Below are positions 8,820 through 19,500 of a DNA stretch of 64,000 nucleotides, in pieces; the first letter of the stretch is position 1; each line of letters begins with the position of its first letter. The stretch covers positions 122-64,121 of the forward strand of contig BLLT01000001.1 of NCBI GenBank assembly GCA_011958945.1, given 5' to 3'. The notes under the pieces were generated by a model that worked only from the letters and a program-made list of their open reading frames with translations, ran no database searches and had not been told where the DNA came from. This stretch comes from Lachnospiraceae bacterium. Its GTDB lineage: Bacteria > Bacillota > Clostridia > Lachnospirales > Lachnospiraceae. The position numbers were made by a program, and so were the translations under genes.

Positions 8820-11195
8820 TTGGGATTATTCGCAGACGGATTCAGGGAGCTGAAAAAAGCAAGTGAACCGCTTTACAAGGCGCCAAAATCCATACAACAG
8901 ACTATTGAGATCATGAAGGTGGCGGAAAACGGCATTTTTGAGGTGGCAAAAAACCGCTTTTCCAAGTGTTACCGTTTTCAGGACATCAATTACACCACTA
9001 CAAATGAGACAGAGCAGATTGACATTTTTGAGAGGTACTGCAAGTTTTTAAATTCTCTGGATGTGAGTTTCAAGATTACAATCAACAATAAAAACAAGGA
9101 CATGGAGCAGGTCAGGGACTATGTATTCTTACAGCGGAAGGATGACGGCTATGACGGTTTCCGCAGTATTTACAATAACATCATGGAACAGAAGATCCAT
9201 GAGGGCAGGCAGGGGATTGAGCAGGAGCGCTACCTTACCATTACCATTGAGCGAAAAAACTTTGAAGAAGCAAAGGCGCAGTTTGCAACCATTGAGGCAT
9301 CGGTGCATAAGGCGTTTGGGGAGCTTGGCGCAGAGATTGTGCCGCTGTCCGGCAATGAGAGGATCAAAGTGCTGTATGACTATTACCATCTGGGTGACGA
9401 AAACAGCTTTGACTTTGACATCAGGGAGGCAAGGAAAGTCGGGGCAGACTTCCGCAATGACCTGTGCAACGGCATGATACAGTTTTACCCTGATTATTTC
9501 AAGGATGAAAAGAAAGTTTGCCGTGCATTGTTCATCAAGAAATACCCGTCCAGTCTTTCAGACCGCTTTTTAAATGAGATCACAAGCCTTCCAGTACATT
9601 CAATCACAAGCATTGATGTTGTTCCTATCCCAAAGGATATGACAACGAAGGTCCTGCAGAAGAAATACCTCGGCATTGAATCGGACATCATCAAGCAGCA
9701 GCGTGTGAGGAACAAGAACAACGATTTTTCATCGGAAATCTCATACAACAAGCGGATTGAGAAGAAAGAGATTGAGGAAATCATGGACGATGTAAGGGAA
9801 AATGACCAGTGCCTTTATTATGTGTCCGTAACAATTATCCTTATGGCAGATACGAAAGAGGAACTTGACAGCATGACGGAGACGGTGGAAACCATAGGCA
9901 AGCGCAACTCCGTAACGATAGAGGAACATTATCTGAAGCAGAGAGAGTCCTTAAATACCGCACTGCCGATTGGTGTAAGACAGGTGGAAACCATGCGTAC
10001 CATGCTGACACAGAGCCTTGCGGTGCTTATGCCGTTCAACGTGCAGGAACTGAACGACAAACAGGGCTGTTATTACGGCATCAATCAGGTGTCAAAGAAC
10101 ATCAATATCGGCAACCGCAAAAAGCTGATTAACGGCAACGGCTTTGTGTTCGGTGTTCCCGGTTCGGGCAAGTCGTTCTTCTGTAAAATGGAAATGGGCA
10201 ATGTGTTCTTATCCGGCAATGATGAGATTATCGTCATTGATCCGATGAATGAATACTTTGACATTGCAGAGACTTACGGCGGAACAGTGGTAAATATGTC
10301 AACCTATACGGATAACTATGTCAATCCGCTTGACATGGATGTATGGAGTCTTGACCTTAACGACAGCAAGGGCATGATAAGGGAAAAAGGCGAATTTATG
10401 CTCGGACTGTGTGAACAGTGCATGGGGGAAAGCCTTAATTCAAGGCAGAAGTCTATTATTGACCGCTGTGTGCGCAAACTCTACATTGAGATAGCAAGGA
10501 ACAGGGAAAAATATGTGCCGATCATGTCCGATTTCTATGAAATACTGATGAACCAGCCGGAGGACGAGGCAAAGGATATAGCGTTGTCACTGGAACTGTT
10601 TGTCAACGGTTCGCTGAATATCTTCAATCATCAGACGAATGTGGACGTGGATAACCGCTTTACGGTGTACGGAATCCGTGATCTGGGTACGGAACTTTCG
10701 CCTATCACAATGCTTGTAATGATGGAGAGCATACAGAACCGTATCATTGCAAACGGCAAGAGGGGCATTGCAACATGGCTCTATATTGACGAGTTCCATG
10801 TGCTGTTAAATTCGGAGTATTCCGCTAAGTATTTACAGCAGTTATGGAAGAAAGTAAGAAAACAGGGCGGCTTGTGTACCGGGATTACGCAGAATGTCGT
10901 TGACCTGCTGCAAAATTATACGGCAACAACCATGCTTGCCAACTCGGAGTTTGTGGCACTCTTAAAACAGGCGAATACGGACAGTTCACGCATGGCGGAG
11001 GTCATTGGCGTGTCAGAAGCGCAGCTTCGGTTTGTAACCAACTCGTCAAGCGGTATGGGGCTTATGAAGTGCGGAAATGTGGTAATCCCCTTTGACAATA
11101 CCATTGAGAAGGGGACAGACCTCTACAATCTGTATAATACTAATATCCATGAGAAAATTGCAATGGAGAAGAAAAAGAATGGTGAACTGCAATAG
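8820..11195 (+). CDS. VirB4-family T4SS ATPase
   Basis: 791 aa. Walker A GVPGSGKSF, Walker B-like LYIDEFHVL, typical size and position. Confidence 0.9.
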   Translation: MGLFADGFRELKKASEPLYKAPKSIQQTIEIMKVAENGIFEVAKNRFSKCYRFQDINYTTTNETEQIDIFERYCKFLNSLDVSFKITINNKNKDMEQVRDYVFLQRKDDGYDGFRSIYNNIMEQKIHEGRQGIEQERYLTITIERKNFEEAKAQFATIEASVHKAFGELGAEIVPLSGNERIKVLYDYYHLGDENSFDFDIREARKVGADFRNDLCNGMIQFYPDYFKDEKKVCRALFIKKYPSSLSDRFLNEITSLPVHSITSIDVVPIPKDMTTKVLQKKYLGIESDIIKQQRVRNKNNDFSSEISYNKRIEKKEIEEIMDDVRENDQCLYYVSVTIILMADTKEELDSMTETVETIGKRNSVTIEEHYLKQRESLNTALPIGVRQVETMRTMLTQSLAVLMPFNVQELNDKQGCYYGINQVSKNINIGNRKKLINGNGFVFGVPGSGKSFFCKMEMGNVFLSGNDEIIVIDPMNEYFDIAETYGGTVVNMSTYTDNYVNPLDMDVWSLDLNDSKGMIREKGEFMLGLCEQCMGESLNSRQKSIIDRCVRKLYIEIARNREKYVPIMSDFYEILMNQPEDEAKDIALSLELFVNGSLNIFNHQTNVDVDNRFTVYGIRDLGTELSPITMLVMMESIQNRIIANGKRGIATWLYIDEFHVLLNSEYSAKYLQQLWKKVRKQGGLCTGITQNVVDLLQNYTATTMLANSEFVALLKQANTDSSRMAEVIGVSEAQLRFVTNSSSGMGLMKCGNVVIPFDNTIEKGTDLYNLYNTNIHEKIAMEKKKNGELQ

Positions 11196-11266
11196 ATAGT
11201 CACACTTTGACAATACAGGGTTAAGGACAGGGCTTGTGGCTCTGTCCTTGCAGATTGGAGGCTGTT

Positions 11267-11881
11267 ATGAATATTACGGATATAATCCTTGTGACGGAAA
11301 ACCGCAAAGGGAGCGAGACAAATTCAATTATGGATTTACTTGATTTCATTGATTTTGCAGAGAAAGAGAGCTGGCTGTCATTGAAAGAACTTGCGGAGGA
11401 TATGGCGGCACTTGGAATAACGTGCGGGGGAAAAGAAAAGTGGATGGAGAGTTGTTTTGCGGAGAACACAACACTTTTTGCAAGGTACTGTGCAGATGAA
11501 AAGCAACTGGAAACATTTTTGCAGGGAGGCTATAACACGGATAAGGAATGGAAATTTGATGAACAGAGATGTTCCGAAAATTGTCTTGACTTCCTGAAAG
11601 AGTTGGGTATCAGCACGGATAAAAGGTCAGGGCAGGATCATGGAACGCATGGGCAGATGAAGAAACTGGACGAACACCATTCCCGTCTGCAAAAACAGTT
11701 CAATCTTTTCTATACGCTGTCCCAGAATGAGCTTGCAACCGACAGTATTAAAAATGAAGCGATAAAGGCAATGTATGAAGAATTTGGAACAGGCAGGCGG
11801 GAAGTATTCCAGAAAAATCTTGAGAGCGGAAAGTACGATTCGGGCTTTGCCCATGAGGAAAAGCAGAAGAGGGCAAGGTAA
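11267..11881 (+). CDS. Hypothetical protein, paralogue of 14645..15562
   Basis: ATG 11267 after GGAGG. N-terminus MNITDIILVTENRKGSE matches MKLEDMILVVENRKGTE, and the two C-terminal ends also match. Confidence 0.6.
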   Translation: MNITDIILVTENRKGSETNSIMDLLDFIDFAEKESWLSLKELAEDMAALGITCGGKEKWMESCFAENTTLFARYCADEKQLETFLQGGYNTDKEWKFDEQRCSENCLDFLKELGISTDKRSGQDHGTHGQMKKLDEHHSRLQKQFNLFYTLSQNELATDSIKNEAIKAMYEEFGTGRREVFQKNLESGKYDSGFAHEEKQKRAR

Positions 11882-11885
11882 TATG

Positions 11886-11932
11886 ACAGCATTTGCGGCA
11901 TCTAAGCCATATGGTTTAGGTGCTGTTTTTTT
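11886..11932 (+). terminator. Candidate intrinsic terminator/attenuator inside the conjugation operon
   Basis: ACAGCA..TGCTGT stem enclosing a near-palindrome CTAAGCCATATGGTTTAG, followed by a run of 7 T. Confidence 0.5.
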
Positions 11933-11956
11933 GCCCTGAAACGGAGGTGGTGCAGA

Positions 11957-13996
11957 TTGAACATCAAAAAAGTGGATGACAAGCCAATGGTGATCCACAC
12001 AAAGGAAAAGCCTAAAGTCCATGTAAAGGGAGCGCCTGCAACAAAAATCAAGGGCAGGAATATCCTTACCGTACAGCACGGTCCGAAGATTGCCGGAAGT
12101 ACGGCAGAGAAAAGAGTGGCGGCAGACGGGAAGATAAAGTTAAAAAGGAGTTCTCTCAATGTCACAGATAAAAGGAAAACGGTGCAGACAAAAACAGCTA
12201 CTGACGGCATGGAATATAGGGGCAGAAACGGCGGAAGCGCACAGGGCAGAGACGGGGACAGGAACACGCAGGGCAGACAGGGAAAAGAACAGGAAGTGCG
12301 GCAGTCCGTGAACAAAGAAAACCGTATGTATGCCCAGTACCGTATAGCGAAAGCAGAAAAAGAGGCGGCAATTAAAAAGAAGTCTGCACTTCCTTCCGGT
12401 ATTGCTTCCGTGGCGGCTAGGACTGCATTAGATGAAATGGAAGGCGGTAACGAAGTCCATGATGCATACATGACAGCTTACACGCTGGCAAAGCCTGCCA
12501 CAAGCGCCGTGGATGCGGGCAGGAATCTTTACCGTTCAAAGGCGGCAAAAACAAAACAGGATAAAATCAGGAAAAAACAGTTAAAAAGCTGTATCAAGGA
12601 AAAGGCGGTAAAGGAAAGTGCGGTAAAGACAGCAAGGAAAACCGCACAGGCAGCGGCAAAGGAAACGGCAAAAGAGACAGGGAAGAAAGCGGCGAAAGAA
12701 ACGACAAAAGCTGCGGCAAAGACGGCAGCAGCAACGGCAGGAACAGGGGTAGGCGGTGTACTTGCCGGAATTGCGGCAGGCGAAGCCGTAGGGATCGCTA
12801 TGGATAAGCGTGATGTGAAAAATTCCACAAGAAACCGCATGATAAAGCTGTTTGTGGCAAAGCTGCGGCAGGAAGATAATCAGGACAGCTTAGGAAAAGC
12901 CTTAAAGGATATTGTCCTGATGCGCTTTTCCATGATGGCAAAGTATATCGTGCGGTATGTGGGGCTGTTCCTGCTTGCGCTGTTTGCGGTAGTGGCGCTC
13001 ATCGCACTCCCGATCATTGCGGTCATAGCAGTTATTTACAATTCGCCGTTTGCGGTATTCTTCCCGTCCATATCATCGGGGGAGACGACACAGGAAGTCT
13101 TATCGGCATATGTGTCGGAATTTAACGATGAGGTCAATGCGGAACTTGCAGACTATTCAGGGTATGACACAAGCGAGAAAATCTACGTCAATTTTGAAGG
13201 CTCCGGCACACCGGACAATTTCTGCGACATACTCATGGTCTACATGGTAAAGTACGGGGACGGCGACACGGCAACGGATATGACGGATAAGGCAAAGCAG
13301 AACTTAAAAGCCGTCTTTGACGATATGTGCAGCTACACCATTACCAGCAGGACAGACACGGAAACCGATGATGAGGGCAATACGACAACCACGACTGTCA
13401 AAGAGGTTAATGTGGAACTGAAAACGTGTTATGACATGATTTCCGTCTATGGGTTCAATGCGGAAGAACAGGAAATGCTTGCCGATCTGATGAAGCCGGA
13501 ATATCTTGCAATGATCGGCTACACTGGCGGGGGCGGCGATCCGGGGGAAACGGTTTCGCCTGAACAGTATCAGGCAATCGTGGATGCCATTTCTGACGAA
13601 AACGGAAGGAAGGTCGTGGCGTTTGCTCTGTCAAAGGTAGGATACCCGTACAGTCAGGCATACCGTGACAGCGGGAACTATTACGATTGCAGCTCCCTAG
13701 CCTACTATGCATGGCGCAGTGCGGGGGTAAGCATCATGTATGAGGGTTCCAATACGGCGGCAAGTGAGGGGAAATACTGCTATGACAACAACCTGCTTGT
13801 GAACTATGACGAGATGCAGCCGGGGGACCTGATATTTTACAGTTATGACAGGAACGGGCGCTTTATGAACATTACGCATGTGGCGATTTATGTTGGCAAT
13901 GGAAAGGTAGTTGAGGCGGCAAATGCACGGCTTGGGGTAGTATACAGACCAGTGCAGGGGCGTTCTTCCATTGTATTCATAGGCAGACCGAGATAG
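11957..13996 (+). CDS. T4SS-associated cell-wall hydrolase (K/A-rich N region, TM segments, C-terminal NlpC/P60 domain)
   Basis: C-terminus has YYDCSSLAYYAW (catalytic Cys) and ITHVAIYVGNG (His). TTG start 7 nt after GGAGGTGG. Confidence 0.85.
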   Translation: MNIKKVDDKPMVIHTKEKPKVHVKGAPATKIKGRNILTVQHGPKIAGSTAEKRVAADGKIKLKRSSLNVTDKRKTVQTKTATDGMEYRGRNGGSAQGRDGDRNTQGRQGKEQEVRQSVNKENRMYAQYRIAKAEKEAAIKKKSALPSGIASVAARTALDEMEGGNEVHDAYMTAYTLAKPATSAVDAGRNLYRSKAAKTKQDKIRKKQLKSCIKEKAVKESAVKTARKTAQAAAKETAKETGKKAAKETTKAAAKTAAATAGTGVGGVLAGIAAGEAVGIAMDKRDVKNSTRNRMIKLFVAKLRQEDNQDSLGKALKDIVLMRFSMMAKYIVRYVGLFLLALFAVVALIALPIIAVIAVIYNSPFAVFFPSISSGETTQEVLSAYVSEFNDEVNAELADYSGYDTSEKIYVNFEGSGTPDNFCDILMVYMVKYGDGDTATDMTDKAKQNLKAVFDDMCSYTITSRTDTETDDEGNTTTTTVKEVNVELKTCYDMISVYGFNAEEQEMLADLMKPEYLAMIGYTGGGGDPGETVSPEQYQAIVDAISDENGRKVVAFALSKVGYPYSQAYRDSGNYYDCSSLAYYAWRSAGVSIMYEGSNTAASEGKYCYDNNLLVNYDEMQPGDLIFYSYDRNGRFMNITHVAIYVGNGKVVEAANARLGVVYRPVQGRSSIVFIGRPR

Positions 13997-14005
13997 GCGG
14001 TGTGT

Positions 14006-14611
14006 ATGGCAAAGAAGAAAGAGAAAGAAAACCTTATGGAAGAACTGGCAAAATCCTTTGAACGGTGGGAATATTTGCGGGATCATGGCGGCAGCGATCC
14101 CTTTTATGCAGACGGTGGCAGCATGAACCTTGTGAGAAACCACATCATGTATCATAAACAGAAGATGGTGGAACAGTATGGCTCGGATTATGAAAAATAC
14201 CCGGAAATTTTCTACCGGGAAGTGCCGCCGAAAGTACATGATGATTATATGGCAAGGGCGGGGGAGATAAAGAACGGTGCGGCGCAGGCGCTGGAATATT
14301 ATCTGTCTGATCCCAATTTCCATTATCTCCTTGCAAATAAGGATATGCTGACAGAGAAAGAGGCAAAGCAGATAAGCCTTTATAACGTGCTTGGGTATGC
14401 CTCCGGGCTTGCGAGAGCCATAAAGGATGGGGATTTGATTGCAATGCGCCGTCATGCGGGCAGACCGGAGGGTTATCTGGAGTCCTTTGCCCAGTGTGCC
14501 ACACGGATGATGAAAGTAATAGATAGTAAGAAAAAAGAGCCGGAACAGGTACAGGGAAGCGGACAGCTTTCTTTGTTCCAGTTTGGCATGGAGACAGGGC
14601 AGTGCCGATAG
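14006..14611 (+). CDS. Hypothetical conjugative-element protein
   Basis: 201-aa ORF from ATG 14006 (the track starts at GTG 14000). No motif recognised. Confidence 0.55.
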   Translation: MAKKKEKENLMEELAKSFERWEYLRDHGGSDPFYADGGSMNLVRNHIMYHKQKMVEQYGSDYEKYPEIFYREVPPKVHDDYMARAGEIKNGAAQALEYYLSDPNFHYLLANKDMLTEKEAKQISLYNVLGYASGLARAIKDGDLIAMRRHAGRPEGYLESFAQCATRMMKVIDSKKKEPEQVQGSGQLSLFQFGMETGQCR

Positions 14612-14644
14612 GTGCTGCCTTTTGTGCGGATATAAGGAGGGAAC

Positions 14645-15562
14645 ATGAAGTTAGAGGATATGATTTTGGTGGTGGAAAACCGGAAAGGGACGGAAAACAA
14701 TTTTTTACTGGACCTGACGGATTATATGGGGGATGTATTAGGGCTGTGGGATGATGGTTATGTAGTGGAGAATATTGCCGGAAGAATAAGCGAACTGTAT
14801 GGAACAAAAAAGGAAAAGGCAGACTGGAGCGATCTGTATATTGCGGCAAACAAGAGTATCCATGCATCATTCTGCAGGAGCGAATCGCAGTTAAGGGGGT
14901 TTCTTGCGGGACATTTCAATGACGGCGAATGGTCGTTTGATACGGAACGCTGCTCTAAGGACTGTCTTGATGTCCTGCGGATATATAACATGCAGCCGGA
15001 CGGAAAGCAGGTGTTCCCGTACCTGCACTATGAGCGTGTAGAGCATACTTTCCATGCCGGGGAGGTGCTTCGCAACATGAATGGGAGCGATTACCGTGTG
15101 CTTGCGGCATTAAGCCCCCAAAACCTGCTGTTAATGAGCGAGCCGGACGGACAGATCATAGTAGGGAGAGGCGTAAACCTTTATGAGAGATACCCCAAAG
15201 GGGAACGTCCTGACAGCGACAGCGTGGTTACGGGCATAGAGTGGGATCACGGCGTTTATCTTGGAAATGACATTACAAGGATTGACTTTGACATTCTGAA
15301 ACAGGAATACGGGGAGCCTGACAGGGCAGAGAATGTCTCAGACCTGCGGAATGTGGTACGGCGGGATTTCTGGATGCAGAAGAACGTGGAACAGAAAGAG
15401 CGGATGCCGCACAGGGTAAGAAATGCAGCAAGGGACTGTCTGGAAAATACTTTTGGGACAAGTGAGCCGGAGGTATTCGACAAGATGCTCGACAAGGGAA
15501 TATATGACGGAATGTACCATGCAAAGGAAGAACAGAAACAAATATCAGGGCAGCAACGCTAA
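14645..15562 (+). CDS. Hypothetical protein, longer paralogue of 11267..11881
   Basis: Strong SD AAGGAGGG. Shares N- and C-terminal segments with 11267..11881 and has an extra central ~100 aa. Confidence 0.6.
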   Translation: MKLEDMILVVENRKGTENNFLLDLTDYMGDVLGLWDDGYVVENIAGRISELYGTKKEKADWSDLYIAANKSIHASFCRSESQLRGFLAGHFNDGEWSFDTERCSKDCLDVLRIYNMQPDGKQVFPYLHYERVEHTFHAGEVLRNMNGSDYRVLAALSPQNLLLMSEPDGQIIVGRGVNLYERYPKGERPDSDSVVTGIEWDHGVYLGNDITRIDFDILKQEYGEPDRAENVSDLRNVVRRDFWMQKNVEQKERMPHRVRNAARDCLENTFGTSEPEVFDKMLDKGIYDGMYHAKEEQKQISGQQR

Positions 15563-15579
15563 AAAAGGGGGAAAATCAT

Positions 15580-15951
15580 ATGGAAAGAATGGCAGGAAAA
15601 GAAACGGTTAAGAACATGGAGCATCTGGTAAAGCTGCTGCATAAGGAGTGGGAGCGTTCCGGCAGGACAAAGGCAGAGGTGTCCATAGACATCACGGACA
15701 AAAAGGAAGTCGGGGCAAAACTTACGGCGGAGATTCAGGAAAGGCAGGAGCAGCTTGAAGCGGTGGAAACGGACTTTAAGGAGTGCATGGAGCTTTCCAG
15801 AGAGAATTTCGTACTCCTGCGCCTTGCAAGGAAGATAAAGAAAGCAGCGGACAGGGCAGAGCGCCGGGAAGAGTCTGTTTCCTTTACCGTGGAAATGGAT
15901 AAGGAAGAATATAAGCTGTTTTCCACGCTGATCAGGGTACAGGAGGCATAG
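15580..15951 (+). CDS. Hypothetical coiled-coil protein
   Basis: 123-aa ORF with SD GGGGGA. E/K-rich. Confidence 0.5.
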   Translation: MERMAGKETVKNMEHLVKLLHKEWERSGRTKAEVSIDITDKKEVGAKLTAEIQERQEQLEAVETDFKECMELSRENFVLLRLARKIKKAADRAERREESVSFTVEMDKEEYKLFSTLIRVQEA

Positions 15952-15957
15952 GGCATA

Positions 15958-16521
15958 TTGGGAAAGAAATATAACATCATTTATGCCGATCCCCCGTGGC
16001 AGTATAAAGTGTATTCCAAAAAGGGGGAAGGGCGAAGTGCAGAAAACCATTACCATACAATGAACATTGAGGATATAAAGTCACTGCCTGTTGAAAGGAT
16101 AGCCGATGACGACTGTATCCTTTTTTTATGGATTACTTTCCCCTGTCTGCTGGAAGGAATCTCTGTCATGGAGGCATGGGGGTTTACCTATAAGACCTGC
16201 GGGTTCAACTGGGTAAAACGGAATAAAAAAGCTGATACATTCTTTATGGGACTCGGATTCTGGACACGCTCCAATTCGGAAATCTGTATTCTTGGAACAA
16301 AGGGCAGACCAAAGAGGGTATCAAAAGCTGTTCCGCAGGTGTGTGACGCACGGATCATGGAACACAGCAGAAAGCCGGACGAGATACGGGATCGGATTGT
16401 GGAACTGTGCGGGGACCTGCCACGGATAGAACTGTTTGCAAGGCAGAGATTTGAAGGATGGGACTGTCTTGGGGACGAGATAGACGGCAGGGACATCAGG
16501 AAAGCAATATTGGAGGTATAA
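15958..16521 (+). CDS. MT-A70-family N6-adenine DNA methyltransferase (orphan)
   Basis: DPPW catalytic motif (IIYADPPWQY) and LWITFP motif. No adjacent restriction endonuclease. Confidence 0.8.
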   Translation: MGKKYNIIYADPPWQYKVYSKKGEGRSAENHYHTMNIEDIKSLPVERIADDDCILFLWITFPCLLEGISVMEAWGFTYKTCGFNWVKRNKKADTFFMGLGFWTRSNSEICILGTKGRPKRVSKAVPQVCDARIMEHSRKPDEIRDRIVELCGDLPRIELFARQRFEGWDCLGDEIDGRDIRKAILEV

Positions 16522-16524
16522 CGA

Positions 16525-19500
16525 ATGAGCGCAGATACAAAAACATCAAAGCTGTATGATGCCGCCATAGATGAAGTGACCGCAAGCGGGCAGGCATGGA
16601 AAAGCATATGCAGGCTTACGGGGCGGCTCTACCGCTATGAGTTTGACAATATCCTCATGGTCTACAAGCAAAGACCGAGGGCAACGCTGATTGCGGATTT
16701 CGACACATGGAAAATGGTAGGGCGGTATGTAAGGCGTGGCAGCAAGGGCATCGCAATCTTCCCTTCAAGAGCCTTAAAGCCGGGTATGCGGTATGTTTTC
16801 GACATATCCGATACCGGGGGCAGGGAAAGCCGCCTCACATGGGAGCTTGACCGGAACACCATGAAAGCGTATGCGGGGTGGTTACGGGACAAAGAGGGCA
16901 TTGTCCCGATGGAGAAAGAGGGTGCTGCCCTGCCCGAAGGAAAAGAATCTGATAAATCTTTCTTAAAAGACTTTACAGAAAGGCAGATCGGAGTCATAAT
17001 GGACTCAGAATTTGGTGAACGCATTACCGAGTTCGTGAATCTGGCTGGAAACAAACAGATAACAGAAAATGGCAGAGCGCAAGAGATTACGGCAGGGGAA
17101 GCGTTAAAAAGAAGCGTCATGTATGCGGTATTTACAAGATGCGGCTTTGACCTTTCCACTGAAAAACAGGATTTCTCCTTTATTACCGCATTTACAACAG
17201 AGGAGGAAGTCTACCGTTTAGGATCTCTGCTCAGCGATATATCCTGTGAAGTGCTGAGAGGCATTGCAAATGATTTAAAGCAGATGGAAGAAAGGAGTAT
17301 TGCAGATGGCAGAGATAACATTGACGTATCACGAGGGAGCGGACGGGATGCTGTACCCGGACCTCACGGCACCGGAGGAAACGGTGAGCATGACGAACTT
17401 AGGGAAATTCGCAGTGAGGGCGATGGAGTACCTGAAGGAGAACCACAACAGCAGATACCGGACGCTGCAGAGGTTCGGGAAACTGGCGGAGAAGATGCAG
17501 GAAGTGGAGGACGAGGCGAACCGGATGATGGACGAGCTGGAGGGCAGCTACTTGAAGAACAACCCGCCGAAGGACAAAAACTCGACAATGGAGATGTGGC
17601 AGCTACGCCAGCAGGCGAGGATGCAGGCAGAGGAGATCGTGATGAACGAAATCGTGATGAAGTTCCATTAGAGGAAAGCGGACAGCAGACAGAGGACAGT
17701 GAACAGCAGAATATAAGGAAAACAGAACTTGACCGGGAAATCGAGCAGGAACTGAATGAGATCAATTCTTTAGGGAGTTCTGATACGCAGAAAGGAAGCT
17801 ATGAACAGGCTTCCTTTTTGATTGCCCAAAACGGGGATATGAAACTGCCGGAAGAATATTCCTACCAGAAGCCGGAACAGGCGCTTACCGTTCCGCATGA
17901 GTATGTAAAACAGGTGCTTATGCGTGGCGGCGTGTATTCAGGGAGCAAAAAACGCATTTATGCGGCATTTCAGGATATTTCCGATCCAGGAGAACGGGTA
18001 AAGGCAATCCGCAGGGAATACGGACAGGGCGGTGCAGGCTGGCCCCTTGAAGGGGACGGGCTGCACGGATATGACACCTTTTCTTCAAAAGGACTCCGCT
18101 TCCAGTGGCGTGAGGGCGGAATGGAAAAGGAGGGCTATGTCAACTGGAAAGCCATAGAGCGTGAACTGGGTGCGCTGATCATGACAGGGGAATATTATAT
18201 CCCGCCAAAGGCATTTGATCCCGACAAGGTATCGGCGGCGGTATGGCAGGAGGTCATGGATGAATTTTTCCAGAACAGCTTCTGGAGTCCGATCCCGAAC
18301 ATGCTGTTATATGAGGTGTTCACGAAAGACCTGCCCATGAGTGACAAAGCGCAGTTCATTGAAAGGATGTTCTGCAAAAGCCCTTATGCAGCCAGCATAT
18401 CAAACAACTTTGAAAATGAATACGGCAGATGCAATATTGAGCAGACAAACGAAGGCATTTTCATTGAATATTTTGACGGGGAAGGCACGAAATGGAAAAC
18501 GGAGCTTGACTGGTGGGACTGTGCGGCTTATGTGGAGAGCATGATAGCCGATGGCGTATATCAGATAGAAGCACCTTATTCTGAAATCGACAGTATGTTG
18601 AAAGAAAATTCTGCTGTATCGTGGATAGAGATTTTAAAAGAAGATACGGACAAATATCTTTCGGAGGATGCAGGGCGGCATCAGCAGAACCGCCTGGACA
18701 CGATACAGGAAGTCCTCGAAGCCAAAGGTCTGCAGGAGCGGTTGGAAGTAACATGGGATGATGCCTATGATGAAATTATTGCAAGCGACGGGGAAACCGT
18801 ATGGCACGGCAGGCAGTTTTACGACTATCTGTTTGAGGAAGTGCTTGAGTTTGGTGAAATCCGCAGGGATAGCAAGCTTACGTTTCAGGTACAGATGCAG
18901 CTTGAGCATGACAGATATTCAAGCCATAATCCGGAAAAGACAGAATCTATCCTGCGGAAAACCTCTGGTTTGGCAGAGCCTGCCGCCGAAGAAGCTGAAA
19001 AACAGGAAGAAAACCTGTGGCTGGAACCGTTAAAGGGCTACTTCAATAAGGAAATCCAGTATATATCCGTAAAGACGCTGATCTATGACATTTTTACCAC
19101 AAATCTGAACATGGAAAGCAAGGCGGGGTTCCTTGCAAGTGTGTACGGTGAACAGTGGGAAGGCTTTTTTATGTCGGAGTACACGGATAATCCCTATGGC
19201 AAATGTAAAATCAGCAGGGATAAGGACGGCATTGAAATCTCTTATCCACGGGCAGACGGCGGGGAAGGTAAAAAGCGGGTGGATTACCGATACTGCGCTG
19301 ACCTGATCCTGCACATGATAGAGGAAAACGACTATCTGACAGAGGGAATATTTGAGCGGTTCAAAGAAGCCCCAAAAGCATTTACCGCAATGCCGTGGTT
19401 CATGGAAATCTACCATGAATATAAGGAACGTATGCTGCAGGAGCCGGACTTTGTGGCGGTCAGCATTGACGGGCAGGAGGAAGAAAGACAGGAAGGACAG

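Noticed and set aside
17364-17765. Antisense 133-aa S/P/C-rich ORF opposite the linker/TnpV-like region
   Set aside because: Its product is low complexity, it lacks an SD, and it lies opposite a segment whose codon periodicity fits the plus-strand +1 frame.
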